A stretch of DNA of 64,000 nt, from positions 113,609-177,608 of the forward strand of contig JACPOL010000003.1 of NCBI GenBank assembly GCA_016185065.1. The letters run 5' to 3'. The translations under genes were made by a program, and so were the position numbers. A model generated the notes under the pieces. That model was not told where the DNA came from and did no database searches. It was given only the letters and a program-made list of their open reading frames with translations. The DNA comes from Chlamydiales bacterium (GTDB lineage: Bacteria; Chlamydiota; Chlamydiia; Chlamydiales; Rhabdochlamydiaceae). Below, piece by piece: positions 35,895-44,675 of this stretch; positions within the stretch are counted from its first letter, which is position 1, and each line of letters opens with the position of its first letter.

Positions 35895-36293
35895 ATGAAG
35901 AGATGTGCAATGCAAGGCGGGCGCCCTTCAGATCGAGAGCTAATTAAACGACTAAATGAAGCAAAAGAATATCTAAAAAACCGATCTGGGTTGTTTGCTA
36001 ACCAGTCGAAAGCTGTCGGCGAGTTAAACGATCTGGATATCGGAGATGCGAATGATGTTTGGCAACTGATTAGGGGGCTGCTTGAGGAGATTTCGCCAAA
36101 GGATTACAGGGGGTCAAGACCTCCGCAAAAGTCCTATGAGAAGACGGTAGCTGGGCTTGAATTACTGGCTTTTAGCTGGTGGAGTCCCAAATGTGCAAAG
36201 CAGATGTATATCAAATTTGTTTTGAAGAACGAGCGATATTATTACGTCTCTCTACATCAAAGCCGTTCAACACAACAAAAAGGAGAAAATTAA
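35895..36293 (+). CDS. MqsR-like toxin candidate
   Basis: 132 aa. The C-terminal half, DYRGSRPP...LLAFSWWSPKCAKQMYIKFVLKNERYYYVSLHQS, parallels MqsR (DFYKS...WQDVYRP....VYLKITVI...IVSFKE). It lies directly upstream of an MqsA-type gene, the same order as mqsRA. Confidence 0.45.
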   Translation: MKRCAMQGGRPSDRELIKRLNEAKEYLKNRSGLFANQSKAVGELNDLDIGDANDVWQLIRGLLEEISPKDYRGSRPPQKSYEKTVAGLELLAFSWWSPKCAKQMYIKFVLKNERYYYVSLHQSRSTQQKGEN

Positions 36294-37157
36294 ATGAAAT
36301 GCCTAAATTGTGATTGTGAAAAATTTGAGTCAAAAAACATCCGCTTTAATCCTGAGATAAAAGGAGAGGAAGTTGAGGTGGTCGTGCCTTCATTTGTTTG
36401 CACCAAATGTCAGACGCCTTTAATGGACGGCGAGCAGATGAATGTGCTTCGAAGAAGCGCTGCGGATAAATATCGTAAGCAGCACCATCTTTTAACATCT
36501 GAAGAAATTATCAAATTTCGGGCTCTGCTTGGGATGTCTCAAGCTGCTTTTGCAAGCTATTTAAAAGTTGGAGAAGCGAGCATCAAACGTTGGGAAACCT
36601 ATTATGTCCAAGATGTCGTGCAAGATGACCATATACGTTTGAAGTGCGATGAAGCATACGCAGAACTGAACGCTCTTGAAGTCCATTGGAAAAGCCAATC
36701 ATCGGACATCTACAGTGGTAATAGACCATTTTGTTTAGAGCTCTTTAAACAGGCCGTGCGCTACCTAATCGGCTTTACGAAAAGCCCTTTATTTTTGAAC
36801 AAAGCCATGTTTTATGCTGATTTTAAACACCACCAGCAACACGGAACGAGCATAACCGGCGCCAGATATGTCCATTTAGAATATGGTCCATGCCCAGATC
36901 AGTTCCAGAACATCTATCAGTTATTTCTCTCTAAAGGCGTCTTGATTTCTGGTGGTCACCATATTTTAAAAAGCATCGAGAAACCCGATCTGAGTGTTTT
37001 TTCAGATTCTGAAAAAGAGGTTTTAGAATTTGTTGCACAAATTGCCAAAGATGGCGGAAAGAAGCTTTTAAAGATTTCTCACGACGAAAAAGCCTTTAAA
37101 AAAACCGAACCCCTGCAGCTCATCAGCTACGAGTTTTCAAAAGAATTAATGATTTAA
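36294..37157 (+). CDS. MqsA-type Zn-finger/HTH-XRE antitoxin fused to a Panacea (DUF4065/SocA) domain
   Basis: 287 aa. Zn ribbon CLNC...CTKC. HTH LTSEEIIKFRALLGMSQAAFASYLKVGEASIKRWE. C-terminal FLNKAMFYADFKHHQQHGTSITGARYVHLEYGPCP matches the DUF4065 core. The start abuts the toxin stop (TAAATG). Confidence 0.65.
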   Translation: MKCLNCDCEKFESKNIRFNPEIKGEEVEVVVPSFVCTKCQTPLMDGEQMNVLRRSAADKYRKQHHLLTSEEIIKFRALLGMSQAAFASYLKVGEASIKRWETYYVQDVVQDDHIRLKCDEAYAELNALEVHWKSQSSDIYSGNRPFCLELFKQAVRYLIGFTKSPLFLNKAMFYADFKHHQQHGTSITGARYVHLEYGPCPDQFQNIYQLFLSKGVLISGGHHILKSIEKPDLSVFSDSEKEVLEFVAQIAKDGGKKLLKISHDEKAFKKTEPLQLISYEFSKELMI

Positions 37158-37207
37158 ATAATAAAAAACGCTTCCCTCTAGAAAAGCGTCATGATAGCGA
37201 TCGGTCG

Positions 37208-37375
37208 GTTATACACAAACAACCTGAAGAATCGGTTTTTGACCGCGTCGGCTGTGCCTCAGATTTTTCGTTCTCACTCGCGCCTTGCCTCTCGGCAATG
37301 GTCACTCGCTCCGAACAAAAAATCTGAGGCGCCTCCTTGTCAAACTCCCGATTTTTCAGGTTGTTTGTGTATACA
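37208..37375. mobile_element. MITE-like element with nested inverted repeats
   Basis: Terminal IR gttatacacaaacaacctgaagaatcgg (37208-37235) versus ccgatttttcaggttgtttgtgtatac (37348-37374). Inner IR tgcctcagatttttcgttc versus gaacaaaaaatctgaggcg. The right IR supplies the last codons and the stop of the 37356-38141 gene. Confidence 0.5.
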
Positions 37376-38141
37376 TGGAGTGGATTTTTAGAAAACGGGT
37401 GATCATAGCGTTTACTTGTTCGGGAACTTCAAGAGTAGCCCAACATTTCGATCCCACGACTTTTCCGATTTCAAATTGAGGCGCTTCTCGATGCATCTTT
37501 TCATAAGAGCAGTGATGTTCATCAGTTAAAATGCACAGTGTTGGGCAGGCAATCTTTTTTAAGATCCCCGCTGATGTAGCATCCCATTCAAGGAGCCCTC
37601 TAAAAATTCCGGACAGAGATTTTTTATTTACGCCATTAAACGCACTCGCAGCGATTTCCTTGTTGCTAGAATCCGTATTGAGAAATAGCGCATCAACAAA
37701 CGCTGCCACGAACTGATGATTGAACTCCGCTTTTTCTAAACTCTCAATATAAGAATCGATTTCGCTAACGAAGGACTTGTTCATAAAAATTGGAGGATCA
37801 ATCAAAACAAGTCTCTCGATTGCCAAAGAGTGATTCAGCACCATATCAATCGCGATATTAGCGCCGTTATTGAGTCCTATCAGGCAGATATTTTCGAGAG
37901 ATAATTTTTCACAAACCCTGGCAATAATGGAGGACAAATCTCTCATTGTATAGCTGGATATTGGTTGACTCTTGCCAGAACCAGGCAAATCCAACTGAAT
38001 GACATCGCCAAACTTTCTCAATGTTTCAAGCTGATGGGTAAAAAAGCGATGATCTGAGCCCGCATTGTGAATCAGAACAAAATTCAAACTCCCTGTGCCT
38101 GGAAGTTTTTCTACAAAAATTTCAGTCCCACTGATGTTCAT
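37356..38141 (-). CDS. Alpha/beta-hydrolase-fold protein with a non-canonical nucleophile elbow
   Basis: 261 aa. NFVLIHNAGSDHRFF (oxyanion-hole region). The elbow reads CLIGLNNGANIA, with Asn where Ser or Asp is expected. The C-terminal MYTQTT* is encoded inside the inverted repeat at 37348-37374. Confidence 0.6.
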   Translation of the reverse strand: MNISGTEIFVEKLPGTGSLNFVLIHNAGSDHRFFTHQLETLRKFGDVIQLDLPGSGKSQPISSYTMRDLSSIIARVCEKLSLENICLIGLNNGANIAIDMVLNHSLAIERLVLIDPPIFMNKSFVSEIDSYIESLEKAEFNHQFVAAFVDALFLNTDSSNKEIAASAFNGVNKKSLSGIFRGLLEWDATSAGILKKIACPTLCILTDEHHCSYEKMHREAPQFEIGKVVGSKCWATLEVPEQVNAMITRFLKIHSMYTQTT

Positions 38142-38298
38142 CGAGTTCTGCCTTGAAAAGCACGAGCATTCTCGTGTTATTGGTTTACATCAACATAATA
38201 CAGATATTTGCAGGGGAAACAACGGCTTCTTTTTTAAGGCAATTGCCAGGGCTCAAAAGATGTCGAAAAATTCGCAATTTTGGCCCGGCGCAGAATAA

Positions 38299-38694
38299 TT
38301 AGATTCTTACTGCTTTGCCCGTAGAGTGCGCGATTAACGCTCCTGAAGAGTGGATAGAGGCTCTCATCTCTATGATCCTGCGCTTTTCACAGATAATCTC
38401 CCCTCGGATTGTCAGCAGCTCTCCAATGCGAGCAGGCGCCACGAAACGCACGGTCATTTCTGCTGTTAGTGCTCCTCCGCAAACTTCGCAAGCAAGCCTT
38501 GTCATCGCCTCATCTAAAAGCGTGGCGATGATTCCTCCATGTAAAATCCCTTGCCATCCCTGATATTTCCGATCCGGAGTGAATTCAGCCACTGTAGTGG
38601 CACCTTCAATTTTCCATTGTATGCGCAATCCATGCGGATTCTCCATACCACAAGCGAAACAGTAGTGATCATCAACAAGCAGCAGTTTATCCAT
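38299..38694 (-). CDS. PaaI-family hotdog-fold thioesterase
   Basis: 131 aa. GILHGGIIATLLDEAM motif. Confidence 0.75.
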   Translation of the reverse strand: MDKLLLVDDHYCFACGMENPHGLRIQWKIEGATTVAEFTPDRKYQGWQGILHGGIIATLLDEAMTRLACEVCGGALTAEMTVRFVAPARIGELLTIRGEIICEKRRIIEMRASIHSSGALIAHSTGKAVRI

Positions 38695-38833
38695 AGCCCT
38701 AATCTATAGTCGGAATAGTTATTAGATCAAAAAATCGAAATCCTCTCTAGTAATTCCAGAGTTTAATCACGCTTGCGCGTTAAGCAGCCTCCGATCTACT
38801 CTCTCCGCGCAGTTTTTACCGGAGGAGGTACTT

Positions 38834-39529
38834 ATGACTTTTGCATTAAAAAATATGGTTAGTTTGCACTATCGCGACCATTGCGAGGTGCGCTTTTATA
38901 AAGATGATCGCGGACAGCTCTCTGCGACGATCGATACCGACAGATTGCATATCGAATCCCTCGGCCCACAAAACGATAATCCAAGATCCACGGAAGAGAC
39001 TCACGCCTTATACGCCTCTCTGTATGGAAATACAGAAGTAATGGAAAAATTTGCGGGAGGAAAAACAAAGTCTCCTGAAGATACAGCAAAGCTTGTCAAT
39101 AACTGGATAAAGCGTTGGCAGAGCGGAGATCCCTTTGGAGGAATGGCCATCTACTTAAAAGAGACCGGGGAATTTGTGGGTCACATCGTGTTGGGCCATG
39201 GAGACAATCCCGGAGAATCCTCGCTAGCAGGTCTTGGAAACGCTCGCTTTTGGAACTCAGGTTATGGAACAGAGGCAGCAGTAGCACTAGTCGAAGACTT
39301 TGCGCCGTTAACAGTTCAAGAAGATTATAGATTTCTGATCACTGATAAAGATGGACAAGTATCCAAACCCCTTCTTAACAAAATTGCAGCCACTGCAAAG
39401 ACGGACAATGGCGCTTCCGTAGCAATACTTTCAAAAAAACTAAAGATGAAAGATGCCGGAATATGGGAAGAGCATGGGGCGCCGCGCCACCACTTCTTCA
39501 AAGAGATCTCAGACCAAAAATCCAGCTAA
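38834..39529 (+). CDS. GNAT-family acetyltransferase (RimJ/RimL-like)
   Basis: 231 aa. FVGHIVLGH...FWNSGYGTEAAVALVEDF resembles the Acetyltransf_3 core. Weak call. Confidence 0.45.
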   Translation: MTFALKNMVSLHYRDHCEVRFYKDDRGQLSATIDTDRLHIESLGPQNDNPRSTEETHALYASLYGNTEVMEKFAGGKTKSPEDTAKLVNNWIKRWQSGDPFGGMAIYLKETGEFVGHIVLGHGDNPGESSLAGLGNARFWNSGYGTEAAVALVEDFAPLTVQEDYRFLITDKDGQVSKPLLNKIAATAKTDNGASVAILSKKLKMKDAGIWEEHGAPRHHFFKEISDQKSS

Positions 39530-39546
39530 TCTCTTCTCAAGAAAAA

Positions 39547-39569
39547 GGCTCCCGGTTAGGGAGCCTTTT
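39547..39569. terminator. Rho-independent terminator (A-tract/stem/T-tract, potentially bidirectional)
   Basis: aaaa-ggctccc-ggtta-gggagcc-tttt. It lies between the GNAT gene and the tRNA 3' end. Confidence 0.75.
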
Positions 39570-39571
39570 AT

Positions 39572-39654
39572 TGCCGATGACTGGACTCGAACCAGCACCT
39601 GATTGCTCAGAGCAGATTTTGAATCTACCGCGTCTGCCATTTCGCCACATCGGC
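39572..39654 (-). tRNA. tRNA-Leu (anticodon CAA)
   Basis: Minus strand: GCCGATG-TG-GCGAAATGGCAGACGCG-GTAGA-TTCAAAA-TCTGC-long variable arm-GGTTCGAGTCC-...CATCGGC-A. 7-bp acceptor stem, class II variable arm, no encoded CCA. Confidence 0.9.
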
Positions 39655-39704
39655 ATGCAGAGAAGGCATCACAGCTTATATTAAGCTAAAGAAATAGGGC
39701 AAGA

Positions 39705-39917
39705 TCACTTTTGGGAGCTCTTTTGAGGCTCTTCCCAGGGGTACTTCTCTCGCTCGCGCATCTTGGGGCTTTCGACCTTAAACTGGTACTCGCTCTCATG
39801 GCGCTGGATGTACTCTCCCTTGGCGTTCTGCTTGCGCATCTTCTCATCTTCAGACTGCTCGAGGTTGGAGCAGCCGGCTGCAAGTAGGGGCAGAAGTAGT
39901 GCGGCTAGTCTTTTCAT
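39705..39917 (-). CDS. Small lipoprotein
   Basis: The ATG at 39917 gives MKRLAALLLPLLAAGCSN (lipobox LAAGC), followed by a charged 50-aa tail. Confidence 0.55.
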   Translation of the reverse strand: MKRLAALLLPLLAAGCSNLEQSEDEKMRKQNAKGEYIQRHESEYQFKVESPKMREREKYPWEEPQKSSQK

Positions 39918-39985
39918 TAAAATATATTTTATATAATTAAAGCCAAAATCGGTTATTAAGAGAATATACACAAAAATGGAGCGCC

Positions 39986-40975
39986 GTGTCTTTAGATAAA
40001 ATTGAAATACCCGCCTCGGGTCTCTCGAAAAAGAACCAGATCATCGCAGAGAGCATCGTAATGAAGAAGATCCTGAGCGATGTGGTTAAAATCGCACAGA
40101 GCTCCGCAAGCGTCTTCATCAGTGGAGAGTCGGGCACGGGCAAAGAGGTGATCGCAGAGGCGATCCACCTGATGTCTCCGAGGGCTTCTGCAGCTTTTAT
40201 CAAAGTCAACTGCGCGGCAGTTCCGGAAACACTGATCGAATCTGAGTTTTTTGGTCATGAGAAGGGCTCGTTCACTGGAGCAGTAAATCGGCGCATCGGC
40301 AGGTTCGAGCAAGCGGATAAAGGAACCCTGCTTCTGGATGAGATCTCAGAGGTTCCCCTCACGGTGCAAACGAAGCTTCTGCGGGCAGTGCAGGAGCAGG
40401 TGTTTGAGCGCGTGGGAGGCCCAAACCCGATACAGGTGGACGTCCGCTTAATCTCGACCTCGAATCGGAATATGAAAGAAGCTGTCGAGCAGAAGATCTT
40501 TCGAGAGGATCTCTACTACCGGCTCAATGTGGTGCCAATTCATCTTGCGCCTCTCAGAGAGCGAAAAGAGGATATCCTGCCTCTTGCGGAGCACTTTCTC
40601 GAGAGATTATGCGCTGAGAACCAGAAGCCTAGAAAGAGCTTAAGTCTGGCTGCAAAAAACAGGATGCTCAACTACCCGTGGCCTGGCAACATCCGCGAAC
40701 TTGCCAACATCATCGAAAGGCTGGTGGTCATGCACAGCACGGTAGAAATTTCCCCAAGCGATCTCTGCTTGGAAGAGCCGGGCCTCTGCTCGATCGGGCC
40801 GAGCTTGTATGCGGGCCCCCTCACTCTGGAAGAGCTAGAAAAACGCCACATTCTAGAAACGCTGGCTCTGCAAAATTATAATCGGACGCAGACGGCAAAG
40901 CTCCTGGGAATCAGCGTGAGAACGCTTAGGAACAAGCTCCATCACTATCAAGTGTCTGAAGTTGGCTCTCAATGA
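39986..40975 (+). CDS. Sigma-54-dependent transcriptional activator lacking a receiver domain (PspF-like architecture)
   Basis: 329 aa with a GTG start. Walker A GESGTGKE, GAFTGA-loop variant GSFTGA, DEISE Walker B, C-terminal Fis-type HTH (NRTQTAKLLGISVRTLRNKL). There is no room upstream for a receiver domain. Confidence 0.85.
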   Translation: MSLDKIEIPASGLSKKNQIIAESIVMKKILSDVVKIAQSSASVFISGESGTGKEVIAEAIHLMSPRASAAFIKVNCAAVPETLIESEFFGHEKGSFTGAVNRRIGRFEQADKGTLLLDEISEVPLTVQTKLLRAVQEQVFERVGGPNPIQVDVRLISTSNRNMKEAVEQKIFREDLYYRLNVVPIHLAPLRERKEDILPLAEHFLERLCAENQKPRKSLSLAAKNRMLNYPWPGNIRELANIIERLVVMHSTVEISPSDLCLEEPGLCSIGPSLYAGPLTLEELEKRHILETLALQNYNRTQTAKLLGISVRTLRNKLHHYQVSEVGSQ

Positions 40976-42722
40976 TCTCTTTGACGCGGTGCCACTTAAT
41001 TCTCTGCTGATCGACCTTATCTTTTTCCGACCGCCCCATGTAGCGCAGCAGGAGATGGTCGAGCGCAGGAACGGCAACTGCCATCAGCGCCTCATACGCA
41101 CTTTCACTCTGTAGGTCGTGCTCGAGCAGTGCCATCTTGGTGGTAGGAAGAGGGGTCTGGGCCGACTTAATCTCATACAGGATCTCTTCACAGAGTTCGA
41201 GGCATCTGCGCAAACTCAATCTGAGCTGCTCGTAGAGGGCAAAAATGCGTGGAGTTGAGATCTGCGTCATCTTCAAGTTCTGGATATCAGAGTGAATCCT
41301 ACCTCGAAGATCATGCGTCTGTTTCATCTTCTGCTCTGCGATCTCTTCAAGAGGAGTGTATTCAATGCCGGGAAAGCCGATGCCTCCTTCGGTTGCACTC
41401 AAAAACTCTCTCTCTGGATGAGCTTTAGCATAGGCGCCAATGCACTCCGACTCCATGACCCACTTCACCATGGTATCTACAGGATTGCCGAGGCGGTCCT
41501 TGCGATGGAGCAGCCTATCTGTCGAGCGCTTATCTTTTTTCAGCTGGCCTTTATCGATTGCATTCTGTGCGACTACGCCATCGGCATAGCGCTGCTTGCC
41601 AGTATAGGCGAGGTCGACGCCAGCGAGGATGATCGGAGTGCAGCCAAGGGTATAGGCGTATGCAATTGCAAGTGTTGTCACTGAAAAGGCCTCTCTTCCA
41701 AGATCGGGTCCGATCGCTTCTCCATCTATCGAAAGGCGCTCTTCGATCCAGCTTTCAAAGAGGCCGCCAGTATCAGATTTGAGGTAGCCAATGGGGCCGT
41801 TGCATGTAGAGAAAACATCTGGCTGCAATCTACTGCCAAAAAGGAGTGGAACTTCAAAAGCGGCGCTAGCTTTCAACCTTTCATACTCTTCGGGATTCGG
41901 ATCTAAAGCCATGGCAAGATGCGGCACAACTCCTTGATTACTCAGCGCTGCAATGGCAGATCCACCTGCGATGATAAGCGCCCGGTTTTCAAGTGTTTTA
42001 AGTGTTCCGATCACAGATTTCAAAGAGGGGCCTGCACCGCAGATGATCGCAGGCACGCCCTGGTAGCGACCTTCCAGTTCATTTGCATAGAAAGCGGAAG
42101 GCAGACGCTTCAAGTTGGGAGCTAGATTCTGCAAGAGCTTATGCGAAAAGAGGGCCTCTGAGAAGAGCGCGTGGAATGAGGAGCTGCTGCGGAGGAGCTG
42201 AAGACGGATGCGCGAGATCTTCGCTCTGCTCTTTTTTGCGTAGGCAGGAAGCGCAGTTACTGCAACGTGCGCGCAAGGAAAGGTCTGTGCTAGATTGTCG
42301 AGATCTGCCTTCCAGCTGCGCACGAAGCGCAAAACTACCTGCGGATCTTCTGTGATCTCAGCGGCTGCTTCTGCCTGAAAGAAGGCAGCAATCGCACCGA
42401 GGTCATCTTCTAAAAAAACAACTCTCCGCTGAGGCAGCTTGTGCAGCCAGTTTTTTATTTCCGCATAGCAGTAGCCTAAGCCCACGCCATAAACATAGAG
42501 GATCTCAATGTCATCTAGATCAAGTGATGCAGCCCAGAGCTTCACCTCTTCATCGATGTCAGAAATAGAGTGCAGAAACTCCTCTGTCTTTCCTTTTTTC
42601 CGCACGGCGTTCACTTTGCCATCTGCACTACTTGTCATCTCATAGGCGGAGTAGTCGGTGTAAGAGAGAAAAAAATAGATGTCGGGATATTTTTCTAGTA
42701 GGGCTTCTCGCTCTTTTAGCAC
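40926..42722 (-). CDS. DUF115 (Maf / MptE-like) family protein, copy B
   Basis: 598 aa. GVPAIICGAGPSLKSVIGTLKTLENRALIIAGGSAIAAL...MALDPNP is the DUF115 signature. Its 3' end overlaps the convergent activator gene by 50 nt. Confidence 0.55.
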   Translation of the reverse strand: MLKEREALLEKYPDIYFFLSYTDYSAYEMTSSADGKVNAVRKKGKTEEFLHSISDIDEEVKLWAASLDLDDIEILYVYGVGLGYCYAEIKNWLHKLPQRRVVFLEDDLGAIAAFFQAEAAAEITEDPQVVLRFVRSWKADLDNLAQTFPCAHVAVTALPAYAKKSRAKISRIRLQLLRSSSSFHALFSEALFSHKLLQNLAPNLKRLPSAFYANELEGRYQGVPAIICGAGPSLKSVIGTLKTLENRALIIAGGSAIAALSNQGVVPHLAMALDPNPEEYERLKASAAFEVPLLFGSRLQPDVFSTCNGPIGYLKSDTGGLFESWIEERLSIDGEAIGPDLGREAFSVTTLAIAYAYTLGCTPIILAGVDLAYTGKQRYADGVVAQNAIDKGQLKKDKRSTDRLLHRKDRLGNPVDTMVKWVMESECIGAYAKAHPEREFLSATEGGIGFPGIEYTPLEEIAEQKMKQTHDLRGRIHSDIQNLKMTQISTPRIFALYEQLRLSLRRCLELCEEILYEIKSAQTPLPTTKMALLEHDLQSESAYEALMAVAVPALDHLLLRYMGRSEKDKVDQQRIKWHRVKEIIESQLQTLDSDGACS

Positions 42723-43231
42723 AGCGCGCCCTCCTGAATTAAGACTCCCTTCGGATTCCAGATGCGGTCTGTTCCCTCTCTTTTGCCATGCGCATAGTAG
42801 GTGTGGCGTTTGAGCTTTCCGTCGGGGTAATAGAGCAGAAGCTCTCCATGAAGATGGCCGCTGTCGTAGAAGATCAGACTCTTGATCTTTCCATCTTCGT
42901 AGTAGTACTCCTGTTTGCCAGTGAGGAGCCCATCTTTATAACGCTGCACCGAGCTTAAACTTCCAGAGGTGTAGTACTGCCACATCTTCCCCTGACGCAC
43001 CCCCTTGATATACCAGCTGCGCGAAAGAACCACTCCTGTTTTGCTGTAGAAGATAGATGGACCATGCAAGAGCTCTCCATCGTAGTAGCAGCAGCTTTCG
43101 ATCTTCTTGTCGGGATAGTGGGTGTAGCGCGCACCCTTCTCAGAATCAAAGGCGCACTCTAGATGAAGGCCAAGCTCTTCATCGATTAGAGTGAGGCGCC
43201 CATTTTCAGTCTCATATCTCTCTTTGTGCAT
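42716..43231 (-). CDS. MORN-variant repeat protein (YwqK-like)
   Basis: 171 aa of repeated G.L.G....YY.DG units (for example YYDGELLHGPSIFY, YYEDGKIKSLIFYDSGHLHGELLLYYPDGKLK). Confidence 0.6.
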   Translation of the reverse strand: MHKERYETENGRLTLIDEELGLHLECAFDSEKGARYTHYPDKKIESCCYYDGELLHGPSIFYSKTGVVLSRSWYIKGVRQGKMWQYYTSGSLSSVQRYKDGLLTGKQEYYYEDGKIKSLIFYDSGHLHGELLLYYPDGKLKRHTYYAHGKREGTDRIWNPKGVLIQEGALC

Positions 43232-44675
43232 TGCAGGTTCTCTTAATAAATATTAGTTTATGCAAGTAGGGGGAGGCGTCTGCATCGCGAGTAAAAAGAG
43301 GCTGCCAGATCCGCCAGAGAGGCTCAAAAAACATCTGGTATGCAACCTCCTCTTCTAGCTCAACCTCTAGCAGAGCTCCCTCTCCTCTTTCGCTGGGAAG
43401 ATTAGGATAGATCTTTTCGCATAAGGTGAGCAAGTCATCTACAATTTTTTCACACTTTAAAAAACTCTCTTTCACTGCCAGGCTCACCGCCTGAGGATCT
43501 CTTTCGCACGCAGGCGGCAGCTGCGCAACCTTCGCATGCACAAGAGCTTCTACATCGACCATCTTCTGGCCATGCGTTTTAAGTAGCTCCTCAAGCGAGC
43601 TTCTCTCAACTCCTTTCAGCTCAAGCCCGCCTCTCGTTGCATTCACAATCCGCAGATCTTTGTGCGCCTCTGCAAACTGCTGAATCCAGCTCGCTGCCAT
43701 CTGCCAGTCGCGCTTTGTATACACCCTTCTGCCATCTACATCTTCAGCTTCGATGAACTGGCTGCCCACTTTCTCATCGACTCCTGCCCCGTAGACCCTC
43801 TCAGAATCTGTCGAGAGCTCAACTCCCACAAGAATAATCGGGCTGCAGCCAAGAGCTCGTGCAAGAGCAAGGGAGAAGGTCGATACATTCCACCCTCCAT
43901 CGAAGGGGGGCTCATCTATCTCCACCTGCGCATTCATCCAGGATTCGATCGGGTAGTTTCCGCTGTCTGGCATCCAGAGGCGGGGCCCATGCGCCTGCGC
44001 AAGAAGCTCTTGAGACACCCTGTTCTGGTAGAAAAGGGGAGCTTCGATCGCATGCTGCTGCAAGAAGCGCTCCAGCGGTGGATCTGGATCGATACAAGCA
44101 GTGAGGTCTGGAAGCAGGTTAAACGAGGAGAGAACGTTGAGCGAGGAGCCGCCGGCGAAGATCACCCCGCGCCCCTTCCACTTGCGCAGCTGCTCTATCT
44201 CTCTTCCCAGCGAGGGGCCCGCACCGCAGATGATCGCAGGCACTCCCTTAAACTCCCCAAACAGGCCGCTTGCGCGCTTTGCCTTTCCAAGCTCAGAAAA
44301 GTTCTCGAGATAGTTGGAGAGGACCCTCTTTCCCATGTCCTTAAAATCTGAAGCGATGAGGTTGACCTCTTCCCTGCATCTCTCAATCCGCGCAAAAGCC
44401 TCTTTCGCCTCATCCCTTTCAGCTTCATGATAGGAGAAGCGCAAGAAGAGAAACTCCTGGAGCTGCTGTTTTAAAAGCTCCTCGTCTGCATCGAGAGAGA
44501 GAAAGCGAACTTTAGGATGGCTGGCTGCAAGAAATTGAGAGAGAAGATCTCCCCGATTTAGAAAAAGAAGATACCTCTCCTCTTTCTCTTCCAACCACGA
44601 AGAGAAGAGCTGCACGCACGGGTGCATCTCTGCATCAAAAAAGCAGAGGACGTCTGTCTCTTTATACTCTTCCAT
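43212..44675 (-). CDS. DUF115 (Maf / MptE-like) family protein, copy A
   Basis: 487 aa. GVPAIICGAGPSLGREIEQLRKWKGRGVIFAGGSSLNVL...ACIDPDP. Paralog of 40926-42722. Confidence 0.55.
   Translation of the reverse strand: MEEYKETDVLCFFDAEMHPCVQLFSSWLEEKEERYLLFLNRGDLLSQFLAASHPKVRFLSLDADEELLKQQLQEFLFLRFSYHEAERDEAKEAFARIERCREEVNLIASDFKDMGKRVLSNYLENFSELGKAKRASGLFGEFKGVPAIICGAGPSLGREIEQLRKWKGRGVIFAGGSSLNVLSSFNLLPDLTACIDPDPPLERFLQQHAIEAPLFYQNRVSQELLAQAHGPRLWMPDSGNYPIESWMNAQVEIDEPPFDGGWNVSTFSLALARALGCSPIILVGVELSTDSERVYGAGVDEKVGSQFIEAEDVDGRRVYTKRDWQMAASWIQQFAEAHKDLRIVNATRGGLELKGVERSSLEELLKTHGQKMVDVEALVHAKVAQLPPACERDPQAVSLAVKESFLKCEKIVDDLLTLCEKIYPNLPSERGEGALLEVELEEEVAYQMFFEPLWRIWQPLFTRDADASPYLHKLIFIKRTCNAQREI

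Noticed and set aside
43662-44351. 229-aa plus-strand ORF, with nested ORFs at 43859-44104 and 44101-44313.
   Set aside because: It is antisense to DUF115 copy A, and its translation is Arg/Ser/Pro-rich. The paralogous DUF115 signature on the minus strand explains the region.
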